The translations under genes and the position numbers were made by a program. Of a DNA stretch of 32,000 bases, positions 1 through 6,919 are shown in pieces. Numbering within the stretch: the stretch's first letter is position 1; each line of letters opens with the position of its first letter. The notes under the pieces are model-generated. The model saw only the letters and a program-made list of their open reading frames with translations, did not search any database and was not told the DNA's origin. The stretch comes from Nostoc sp. PCC 7120 = FACHB-418 (GTDB taxonomy: Bacteria > Cyanobacteriota > Cyanobacteriia > Cyanobacteriales > Nostocaceae): assembly GCF_000009705.1 (NCBI RefSeq), contig NC_003272.1, positions 2,220,001-2,252,000 on the forward strand, written 5' to 3'.

Positions 1-360
1 GAGGATATAATCTACCAACAAGTTATAGCAATTGCTAGTAGTTACGGAATTTTTGATTGCATTCCCTGTGCTAGAGCAATCAAAGAATTTTTGATCAGAC
101 AAAGTATTCATGGCAAGCATATTAAAATAGATACAAATTCTCAAGATTCAATTTATGGCAGGATTTATGATGATAGCATTGGTGAATTGATTGCTACTAC
201 AGGTCATCATGAAGGTGTTATAATTGAGGTAAATGGCTTAGAAATTGTTTTTGATAACATCCACCATCAAGGAATAACGCGATTAGACTGGATACAAAAT
301 CTCTATTCACCTATTCTAGATGCAGGATTAGAGTTTCAAATCACAGAAAGTTACTTTTAA
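1..360 (+). CDS. 3' end of a larger gene running in from the left edge. C-terminal toxin-like domain resembling papain-fold (Tox-PL type) polymorphic-toxin CT domains.
   Basis: Frame 1 is open from nt 1 and in frame with the listed 91..360 ORF; the TTG at 91 is only the first start-like codon in the window. The translation ...SSYGIFDCIPCARAIKEFL...TGHHEGVIIEVNGLEIVFDNIHHQG... shows a Cys then His then D/N order typical of papain-like toxin domains. A small same-strand ORF follows 23 nt later. Confidence 0.45.
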   Translation, partial: EDIIYQQVIAIASSYGIFDCIPCARAIKEFLIRQSIHGKHIKIDTNSQDSIYGRIYDDSIGELIATTGHHEGVIIEVNGLEIVFDNIHHQGITRLDWIQNLYSPILDAGLEFQITESYF

Positions 361-383
361 CCTAGAGAATTAGTGAGTCAAGT

Positions 384-725
384 ATGAATAATTTATACAA
401 CTTACTGCAAAAGATCAAAAAAAGACCTGCGATGTACTTAGGTAGAAATTCTATTTTTAGCCTGCAAGCATTTTTAGACGGCTACTACTTTGCACGTCGA
501 GAAATTGGTATTAACTTAACAGAAGAAGAAGTAGAATTTCAAAACTTTTTACAATGGATAAGACACAGATTTAATGTAGAAACAGGTCAGTTATGGTCAA
601 GTATTATTCTTTTCCATTCAGCAGATGAAAAAAGTGCAGTGGATAGATTTTTTACTTTGTTTGAAGAATTTAATCAACAGCATAAAAATCAGGAAATAGA
701 AAAAATTGATCAGGTGGTTACGTAA
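384..725 (+). CDS. Small hypothetical protein in the position of a cognate immunity protein for the upstream toxin-like domain.
   Basis: 113-aa ATG ORF 23 nt after the toxin-like stop, on the same strand. No signal peptide or TM segment. N-terminus reads KKRPAMYLGRNSIFSLQAFLDGYY. The functional call rests on context only. Confidence 0.45.
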   Translation: MNNLYNLLQKIKKRPAMYLGRNSIFSLQAFLDGYYFARREIGINLTEEEVEFQNFLQWIRHRFNVETGQLWSSIILFHSADEKSAVDRFFTLFEEFNQQHKNQEIEKIDQVVT

Positions 726-807
726 CAATTCAGATACCCTAATTCTAAGATTGATGATTTTGATGATCGAAAAATCTTAAAAAGAAGTCCGAATTAATGT
801 TTGCATT

Positions 808-880
808 GTAACCCAACACCAAAATACCTGAATTTCCCCCAGATAATGTAATCAGAAAATTTATTTGTTAGGATTTAAAG
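808..880. repeat. About 70-bp dispersed repeat (copy R). A second copy lies at 2695..2764.
   Basis: gtaacccaacaccaaaatacctgaatttcccccagataatgtaatcag... aligns by eye with gtaacccaacaccaaataaccttaatttcaaccagataatttaatacg... at 2695, at roughly 75-80 percent identity. Confidence 0.6.
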
Positions 881-889
881 TTATTCATA

Positions 890-1120
890 ATGCTGCAAAT
901 CATCAAAGCAACCTGCACCAACGGCGAACTTATTTTAAGTGAAAAACTCAGTTCCGAATTAGAAGGTAAAACCCTGCAAGTTATGATTATTGAACCCAGC
1001 GAACCTAATCAAGATCATCAAGCCTCAAAAATACAGCAATTTCTAGCACGAGTTAATAACTACTCTTTCCAAATACCCGTAGATTACAAATTTAATCGAG
1101 ACGAAATTTATGAAAGATAA
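890..1120 (+). CDS. vapB: VapB-like antitoxin, partner of the downstream PIN gene.
   Basis: 76-aa ORF whose end overlaps the PIN ORF start by 11 nt (ATGAAAGATAA). The C-terminal ...FNRDEIYER tail is typical of small cyanobacterial antitoxins paired with PIN toxins. Confidence 0.6.
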   Translation: MLQIIKATCTNGELILSEKLSSELEGKTLQVMIIEPSEPNQDHQASKIQQFLARVNNYSFQIPVDYKFNRDEIYER

Positions 1121-1420
1121 AATTTTTCTCGATACTAACCTCTGGATTTATCTCTATGCTAAAAATCCGCTCGAAAAATCCCAACAAGTTGCAGAAATCA
1201 TTAAAAATAATTATTCATTTCTGCTAGTTAGCACTCAGGTCTTAGGTGAATTATTTCATTTTTTAACCAGAAAAAAATCACATCTAAAACTGATGCAACC
1301 ACGATTATATCAGATATAGTTAATACCTTTCCAATTCAGGCAATTAACACAACAGAGGTTATACAAGCATTAGAAATTCACGCTAAATATAACTACTCTT
1401 ATTGGGATAGTTTGATTATA

Positions 1421-2438
1421 CAGCACTTTGTCTAACGGTTTGGTACAGTAGTTGAGAAGATAAAAGTAAAAAATCAGATGAAACCCTACTCAGTAGACCT
1501 GCGCTCAAAAATTATTAGCGTTTACGAAGCGGGAAATACATCTATTCGCAAAGTAGCAGAAAGATTCAAGGTAAGTAAAAATACAGTACAAAACCTCGTG
1601 AAGCGAAAACGAGAAAAAGGGACGCTAGAGCCAAGTGTAGCGACAGGAGGAAAACCAAGCCAAGTATCTGGTTATGAACAACAGATAGAGCAAATGGTAG
1701 CAGAACATCTAGACTATACCCTAGCCGAATACTGTGAGTATTGGGAAGAAAAGACAGGGGTAAGGTTAAGTGAGAGTGCAATGTGCAGATTTCTTCAGAA
1801 ACAGAAGCTCACCCTCAAAAAAAACAGTACGAAGTAGTCAAGCAGGAACAGAAATTACACAAAATAAAAGGCTTTCTTACTGGGAAAGCGTCCGAGATAT
1901 TGTTGCAGATGACCTAGTTTTTGTAGATGAAATGGGCGTATTACTCGGATTAACGAGAGGAATGGGCAGAAGTAAAAAGGGAGACAGAGTTTATGATGTC
2001 AAACCATTTTACCGTGGAAGCAGAGTTACCGTAGTGGGGGCTATTACTAACAAATCAATCCTCTCCCTCAAAACATTAGGGCCATCAATGAATGGAGAAG
2101 ACTTCAAAAAATTTGTGGAACAAGAGCTATTACCGAAATTGTGGAAAGGGGCAGTAGTGGTCATGGATAATCTCAAAGCACATAAAATGAAGGGGATTAT
2201 TGAAATGATCGAGTCCGTAGGCGCAAGGGTAGTTTATTTATCACCTTATTCACCTGAATTTAACCCCATAGAACATCTCTGGTGGCAACTCAAAGCATTT
2301 ATCCGCAAGTTTTCACCAAAAAATATTTTGGCAGTAGTACAACTGTTGTCACTAGGAGTTCTCTTATGCTCAAGTCAGCAACTCCAAAACTACTTTTCTC
2401 ACTGTTGCTACTGTACCAGTTAGTCGCGCAAAGTGCTG
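1421..2438 (+). mobile_element. IS630-family insertion sequence (1018 bp) with terminal inverted repeats and a TA target-site duplication.
   Basis: The left end cagcactttg...ggtacagtag (1421-1451) is the inverted complement of the right end ctactgtacca...caaagtgctg (2408-2438): the outer 9 bp and inner 11 bp match perfectly. TA lies at 1419-1420 and at 2439-2440. The element carries a DDE transposase. Confidence 0.85.
1478..2423 (+). CDS. IS630-family (Tc1/mariner-like DDE) transposase, split into two frames at an A8 run (1817-1824).
   Basis: ORF1 has an HTH N-terminus (MKPYSVDLRSKIISVYEAGNTSIRKVAERFKVSKNTV). ORF2 carries VFVDEMG, VVMDNLKAH and SPEFNPIEHLW (D, D, E). The frames rejoin if the A8 run is read as A7. 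Confidence 0.85.
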
Positions 2439-2542
2439 TATCTACAGCCTTATTAAGTGAATGTTCCATCATTTACTCAGAAGATATGCAGCATAATCAG
2501 CTAATAGAGAATAAATTAAAAATCATAAATCCATTTGTTTGA

Positions 2543-2638
2543 ATTGAGGTAAATGGCTTAGAAATTGTTTTTGATAACATCCACTATCAAGGAATTAATC
2601 GATTAGACTGGATGGATACAGTGAGACATTCGGTGTAG
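2543..2638 (+). pseudogene. Orphan fragment duplicating the 3' part of the toxin-like gene (copy of 222..297).
   Basis: Positions 2542-2613 match 222-293 with about 4 mismatches. The fragment translates as IEVNGLEIVFDNIHYQGINRLDWMDTVRHSV*, against IEVNGLEIVFDNIHHQGITRLDWIQNLY... in copy 1. It has no start codon and begins directly after the vapC TGA. Confidence 0.6.
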
Positions 2639-2802
2639 GTTGGGTAGAGGCGCAAGCTTGTATATTTGCAGCATAACAAATTGATATTTGCTCCGTAACC
2701 CAACACCAAATAACCTTAATTTCAACCAGATAATTTAATACGTAAAATTTTGTTATGGAAAGAGAGGATTTGTTGGGTTTCACTCTGTTCCACCCAACCT
2801 AC
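2635..2802. repeat. MITE-like element with nested inverted repeats.
   Basis: The outer arms gtaggttgggtag (2635-2647) and ccacccaacctac (2790-2802) match 12 of 13. The inner arms are gtaacccaaca (2695-2705) and tgttgggtttcac (2771-2783). The GTTGGGT/ACCCAAC arms are a common Nostoc small-repeat signature. Confidence 0.5.
2695..2764. repeat. Second copy (R') of the 808..880 repeat.
   Basis: Aligned by eye with 808..880. Confidence 0.6.
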
Positions 2803-2953
2803 AAAGGATTGTTAATAGAATAAATAGTTGCGATTTCAATCGTGTGGGAATTTGAGTAAGTGCGTAGACATATAGCGCTTTGTCATCAGACATCGCTTCT
2901 CAGTGCCTCTGACAAGCTAAGATATACTTAATATTTTACATAAGGAGAGAACC

Positions 2954-3313
2954 ATGACTAATACTCAAGGGATGGTTCACTTAAACCTAGATTTGTCACC
3001 TGAACTGAATCAGATATTAGAAGAATTGGCAAATAAGCTAGGCGGAAGTAAAAGTGATGTTCTACGTCAAGCTATAGCATTAATGCAAATTATGGTGATA
3101 GCTAAAGAACAAACTCAAAATTTAGGTATTCCTGAAGCAGAACAATTAATAGCTAGAGAAATCATCACACTACCTAAAGCAGTACCAACCACTCATCCAC
3201 TAGATAATTTTATGGAAACCTTTGGTGCTTGGGAAGATGAACGCACACCAGAAGCTATTATTCAAGATATTTATGATAACCGTTGCATTTCTAACTCTGA
3301 TTACACCCTGTGA
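2954..3313 (+). CDS. Ribbon-helix-helix (CopG/Arc-like) antitoxin-type protein with no adjacent toxin gene.
   Basis: aaggagagaacc precedes the ATG as an SD. HLNLDLSPELNQILEELANKLGGSKSDVLRQAIALM fits an RHH fold. The C-terminal FGAWEDERTPEAIIQDIY tail is typical of cyanobacterial antitoxins. Confidence 0.65.
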   Translation: MTNTQGMVHLNLDLSPELNQILEELANKLGGSKSDVLRQAIALMQIMVIAKEQTQNLGIPEAEQLIAREIITLPKAVPTTHPLDNFMETFGAWEDERTPEAIIQDIYDNRCISNSDYTL

Positions 3314-3334
3314 CTTACTTAACCAATAAATAAG

Positions 3335-3363
3335 TTACCCCATAGTTATAAGCTATGGGGTAA
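3335..3363. terminator. Hairpin between convergent genes, likely a bidirectional terminator.
   Basis: ttaccccatag / ctatggggtaa forms an 11-bp perfect stem with a 7-nt loop, 22 nt after the RHH stop and 25 nt after the stop of the minus-strand gene. Confidence 0.55.
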
Positions 3364-3387
3364 GGGTGAAGATTTTCGCTAAAGTTA

Positions 3388-4197
3388 TTAACTTCTAAAT
3401 AAGGCGCTGCGAGTTTCTGGCCCAACTACACCATCTACACGTAAACCATTATTGGCTTGAAACTCACGCACTCGACGGACTGTCACCGTACCATAATATC
3501 CTGTGGGTTCCACACCAAGCGCTCTCTGCACTTCGGAAACGGCTGAACCGCGAGAACCGAAACCCAGTGTTACAGGGCCACCAGTTGGTGGTTGGTTTTG
3601 GTTCCCTCTAAACAGCGCGTTGCGGGTTTGTGGGCCGACGATACCATCTGCACGTAAGCCATTATTGGCTTGAAACTCGCGCACACGTCGAGCTGTTACT
3701 GCACCATAATACCCTGTGGGTTCAACTCCGATCGCTCTCTGCACTGCGGAAACTGCTTGTCCACGAGAACCAAGGCGCAGTGTGACAGTCCCCCCAACAC
3801 CAGGGCCGGGGTTGCCAGGACGACCACCAGACATTCCACTCACCCATTTAGCCGCTACGTATCTGTTACCAGATAGGCGAGCAAAACCATTAACGTTGCC
3901 TGTGGAATTGATTTGAGTTCCATTAGGGATACAGTCTACGACTTTGGCATTGATGCTAGGGGAGGTACGCACATTTAGACAACTGCCGTTAGTACGCACG
4001 TATGCGGCCAAAGCACCATTAACTTGAGTCAGGGCTGTAAACAATACCATTAAGCCGGCTACAGATAGCCAAGCGGAAGACTTGAGCAATTTACCCCAGC
4101 TAAAATCAAACTTTGGTAGTTCATATTCCAGATATTCAGTTTGACCATTTGCCTCTTGGTTAGCAATGACCATAGAAGAATAAGCAATAAATTCCAT
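3388..4197 (-). CDS. Membrane-anchored peptidoglycan-binding protein: TM, SH3b, then 2x PG_binding_1 (SjcF1-like architecture).
   Basis: TM segment SSAWLSVAGLMVLFTALTQV. SH3b-like CLNVRTSPSINAKVVDCIPNGTQI...RYVAAKWV. Two near-identical repeats read GSRG.AVS.VQRA.GVEPTGYYG.VT.RRVREFQANNGLR.DG.VGP.TR.ALF. Confidence 0.8.
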   Translation of the reverse strand: MEFIAYSSMVIANQEANGQTEYLEYELPKFDFSWGKLLKSSAWLSVAGLMVLFTALTQVNGALAAYVRTNGSCLNVRTSPSINAKVVDCIPNGTQINSTGNVNGFARLSGNRYVAAKWVSGMSGGRPGNPGPGVGGTVTLRLGSRGQAVSAVQRAIGVEPTGYYGAVTARRVREFQANNGLRADGIVGPQTRNALFRGNQNQPPTGGPVTLGFGSRGSAVSEVQRALGVEPTGYYGTVTVRRVREFQANNGLRVDGVVGPETRSALFRS

Positions 4198-4410
4198 TAG
4201 TGAACACCTTATGTCTAACAGCTAAAAGATGACAATAAATACCAGATTTGTGTACTTTATACTACTGATCATAGAGTGTTTTCCCTTTATGTATCAGCAA
4301 AAAGTAAGAAAATTTATAAAAACAATTGTCGGCACATTTTTCATCATTGATGAAATTTAAAGAAATATCAGCAAATGCTCATCTTTGTACTCATAGTTAA
4401 CCTGATTTTT

Positions 4411-5412
4411 TTATTTATTAGAAGTATAAAAACTATCGGTACGTATCTGACTACCATTACGCCAAATTTCCACTTGTTCCGGACTAACTACGTAAGAGAA
4501 ACTACCATTATCTGCCTGATATCTATTTTTACCGATACTCCAGGCTGGTATTTTGACGGGCTGGTTTGGATTTTGTTTCAACTCACCAATATAAAACAAC
4601 TGCCCATTTTCGTTGCAGACTCGGACTAGTATATTTGTTGTCTCACCTTCAAGTATCGTCAAACCACTGCATCTCGTATCAGTAACTATCGGTGCAAACG
4701 CTACGGGAATGTTTTGCGCGGGTGAGACTGGCTGTTCTATGGGGATTGGTATGGAGGGAGTGGGGGAAGAATTATTTTCAGGTTTGGTTGGGGGATTTTC
4801 CTGTACTCGCCTAGCTTGATTAACTTTAGCTGTATTACTAGCAACAGGTTGTGAGGAAATTTTGCTGGCGGTAGAAGATGTTAAAACAGTCATGGGGTTA
4901 ACGGCTACTTTCCCATTGGGATAATATTCAAAGTGTAAATGTGGTGCGGTACTATTACCTGTAGACCCCATTTCCGCGATGATTTGTCCTTGTTTCACCT
5001 GTTGACCTTTGCTGACTAACAAACGGCGATTATGTCCGTAAACAGTGACGCTACCATTAGGATGTTTGATTTCGATAGCATTACCTAGTCCCCATTCATC
5101 CCATCCGACTTTGACTACTTTCCCAGTCGCCGCCGCGAAAATTGGTGTTCCCGATGGGGCTGCAATATCAATTCCTTCATGTTGATATTTGCGAAAGCCT
5201 TGGGAAATATATCCTTGCGTAGGCCAAATCAAGTTAGTACTAAGAGTTGGAATAGGAATAGCTATAGGTTTTTGGGGAATTTGCGAATTACCTGCTACTT
5301 GAGTTAAGGCACTAGTATTTGTACTGAGGACTGCAATTAAAGAGGCTAAAGTAATACATAAGTAAGTACAGCAGCGAAGGATAGTACTTTTTTTGGCTAG
5401 TTTTAAAAGCAT
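4411..5412 (-). CDS. Secreted M23 (LytM-type) metallopeptidase with an extra C-terminal domain of unknown function.
   Basis: Signal-like N-terminus. HEGIDIAAP (HxxxD), GSTGNSTAPHLHFE (HxH) and a Pro-rich linker are present. Confidence 0.85.
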   Translation of the reverse strand: MLLKLAKKSTILRCCTYLCITLASLIAVLSTNTSALTQVAGNSQIPQKPIAIPIPTLSTNLIWPTQGYISQGFRKYQHEGIDIAAPSGTPIFAAATGKVVKVGWDEWGLGNAIEIKHPNGSVTVYGHNRRLLVSKGQQVKQGQIIAEMGSTGNSTAPHLHFEYYPNGKVAVNPMTVLTSSTASKISSQPVASNTAKVNQARRVQENPPTKPENNSSPTPSIPIPIEQPVSPAQNIPVAFAPIVTDTRCSGLTILEGETTNILVRVCNENGQLFYIGELKQNPNQPVKIPAWSIGKNRYQADNGSFSYVVSPEQVEIWRNGSQIRTDSFYTSNK

Positions 5413-5640
5413 AAAAAATCTTTCGGATACTTAATTGATATTCGCTATTTCATGCTCATGCTGGAATTATCAGGGAAGTTTTTGGTCAAATTTATAACTT
5501 TAATAGATGTCTTACATAAAATAGACGGACGCTTTCCTCTGAAAGTGTCACGGTAAGTTAAATAGAGCAGAAAGACCTAAAAATAAGACTTATTTAATAG
5601 AGTACCCACAATTTAGAGGAAAAAATTGAAAATTAACAGT

Positions 5641-5684
5641 GGGTAAAAGGGGTGTAAGGGTATAAGGGTATAGGGGTATAAGGC
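5641..5684. repeat. Octamer tandem repeat, GGGTRTAA family.
   Basis: ggtgtaag ggtataag ggtatagg ggtataag, period 8. Confidence 0.7.
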
Positions 5685-5716
5685 AATACGCTTCAGTTCA
5701 GATATGGGAAAACATC

Positions 5717-5744
5717 ACAAAACCTCGGTACTACTGGGTTTTGT
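5717..5744 (-). terminator. Candidate terminator hairpin downstream of the PEP-mutase family gene.
   Basis: acaaaacc / ggttttgt forms an 8-bp stem with a 12-nt loop, followed on the minus strand by gaTGTTTTccc. A second 8-bp hairpin lies at 5805-5834. Confidence 0.4.
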
Positions 5745-5861
5745 TGCTTGAATGTTACTCCACTCAAGGTAATCTTTTGAGATGGCAGGTTAATTGAACA
5801 CAAAGGCAAGATGCTGATCCTAGCTAATCTTGCCATAGTCGGGAAATGAGAATTATTTGAC

Positions 5862-6725
5862 TTACGATTTAAACTTTTGTTCCATTTGCAGAAATTGGGG
5901 AACGCCGACAAGGGCTTGAAAATCTTGAAAGTTCACTATGTCAGTAAAATTAGCTGTGCTTCCCTGTTCTTTAATATGACTTAAGCAAGCTGTTAAAGTT
6001 TGCGTTACTGCCAATAAACCAGTAAGGGGGAAAAACACGATTTTAAAGCCTAAATCTTGTAGTTCTGATGCAGATAGTGGGGGAGTTTTGCCGCCTTCAA
6101 CAATATTGGCTACTAGGGGTGTGTGAGGGAAAGCTGAGGCGATCGCCTTTAATTCTGCCACAGACTGGGGAGCTTCCACAAATAGTATATCTGCGCCTGC
6201 CTCAATGTAAGCATGACCACGGGCGATCGCTTCCTCTAAACCCAGTGGGCCACGGGCATCGGTACGCGCAATAATGACTAAACCACTATCACCCCGCGCC
6301 TCTACTGCTGCACGAATTTTGCCAGCGTGTTCAGATGTGGGTATAACTCGCTTCCCTTCAAAATGTCCGCACTTTTTCGGCCATTCTTGGTCTTCTAACA
6401 ATACGCCCGCCACACCCAACTGCACAGCATCCTTGATAGTCCGCATCACATTTAAAGCATTGCCATAGCCAGTATCTAAATCGGCAATGAGAGGAACACT
6501 CACGGACTGAGCAATACGCCCCACACTATAAAGCGCTTCTGTAGCTGTAAGAAAACCGTAATCTGGCAAACCCAAAGTAGATGCAGCAATACCAAAACCA
6601 CTGGTAGCCACCACATCAAAACCAATATTTTCAGCCAGTTTGGCACTCAGGCAATCGTAGATACCAGGAATTACAATAATTTCAGGATTTGCAAGTAACT
6701 GCCGCAGTTTGTGGCTAGAAGACAT
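5862..6725 (-). CDS. Isocitrate lyase / PEP mutase family protein (methylisocitrate lyase or carboxyvinyl-carboxyphosphonate phosphorylmutase-like).
   Basis: MSSSHKLRQLLANPEIIVIPGIYDCLSAKLAENIGFDVV...DTGYGN...EDQEWPKKCGH... are family motifs. The start is moved to the ATG at 6725, because the listed 5' extension translates a heptamer repeat. Confidence 0.8.
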   Translation of the reverse strand: MSSSHKLRQLLANPEIIVIPGIYDCLSAKLAENIGFDVVATSGFGIAASTLGLPDYGFLTATEALYSVGRIAQSVSVPLIADLDTGYGNALNVMRTIKDAVQLGVAGVLLEDQEWPKKCGHFEGKRVIPTSEHAGKIRAAVEARGDSGLVIIARTDARGPLGLEEAIARGHAYIEAGADILFVEAPQSVAELKAIASAFPHTPLVANIVEGGKTPPLSASELQDLGFKIVFFPLTGLLAVTQTLTACLSHIKEQGSTANFTDIVNFQDFQALVGVPQFLQMEQKFKS

Positions 6726-6770
6726 ATAAAAATACAAATTACGCAACAGTTTGAGGATACAACAAGGGAA

Positions 6771-6804
6771 TAATTCGTAATTTGTAGTTCGTAATTCGTA
6801 ATTA
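6771..6804. repeat. Heptamer tandem repeat (TAATTCG family).
   Basis: taattcg taatttg tagttcg taattcg taatta. Confidence 0.7.
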
Positions 6805-6919
6805 AAGAGGACTGTACGCCATATAAAAGCGATCGCATCTGCAAAAGCACAGCCACTCGCTGAGGAGAGCAAGGAACAGAGGGGAGAACTTACTCAAAGA
6901 TTTCCCCCCTCCCTACTCC

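Larger units (their letters stand above)
1110..2542 (+). pseudogene. vapC: PIN-domain VapC toxin gene, inactivated by a frameshift in an A7 run (1271-1277) and by an IS630-family insertion at 1421..2438.
   Basis: The N-terminus MKDKIFLDTNLWIYLY...STQVLGELFHF carries the PIN acidic residues. Shifting frame at the A7 run continues it as ...KKITSKTDATTIISDIVNTFPIQAINTTEVIQALEIHAKYNYSYWDSLII. Removing the IS and one TA joins this in frame to STALLSECSIIYSEDMQHNQLIENKLKIINPFV*, a typical PIN C-terminus. Confidence 0.7.

Noticed and set aside
2282-2783. ORF 2282..2542 (+) and ORF 2595..2783 (-) as independent genes.
   Set aside because: The first is an out-of-frame stretch of the transposase gene 3' end and right IS end, fused to the displaced C-terminus of vapC. 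The second lies wholly within the MITE-like inverted-repeat region.
3670-3916. Two plus-strand ORFs (68 and 66 aa) inside the PG-binding protein gene.
   Set aside because: They are antisense to the PG_binding_1 repeats and have Pro/Arg/Thr-rich translations, an artefact of the locally GC-rich repeat.
4338-4354. The palindrome TTTCATCA-T-TGATGAAA between the M23 peptidase and the SjcF1-like gene.
   Set aside because: Its 8-bp AT-rich arms lie in an AT-rich spacer, and about one such palindrome is expected by chance. It is too weak to be a terminator stem and nothing supports an operator.
4375-4819. Plus-strand ORFs 4375..4629 and 4613..4819.
   Set aside because: They are antisense to the M23 peptidase gene, which has clear catalytic motifs.
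6726-6872. A 5' extension of the PEP-mutase family ORF. Similar extensions occur at 7586-7669 and 8812-8922 for the next two genes.
   Set aside because: The extension translates a heptamer repeat (NYELRTTNYEL) and other spacer sequence. Family N-termini and SD-like sequences fit the internal ATGs at 6725, 7585 and 8811.
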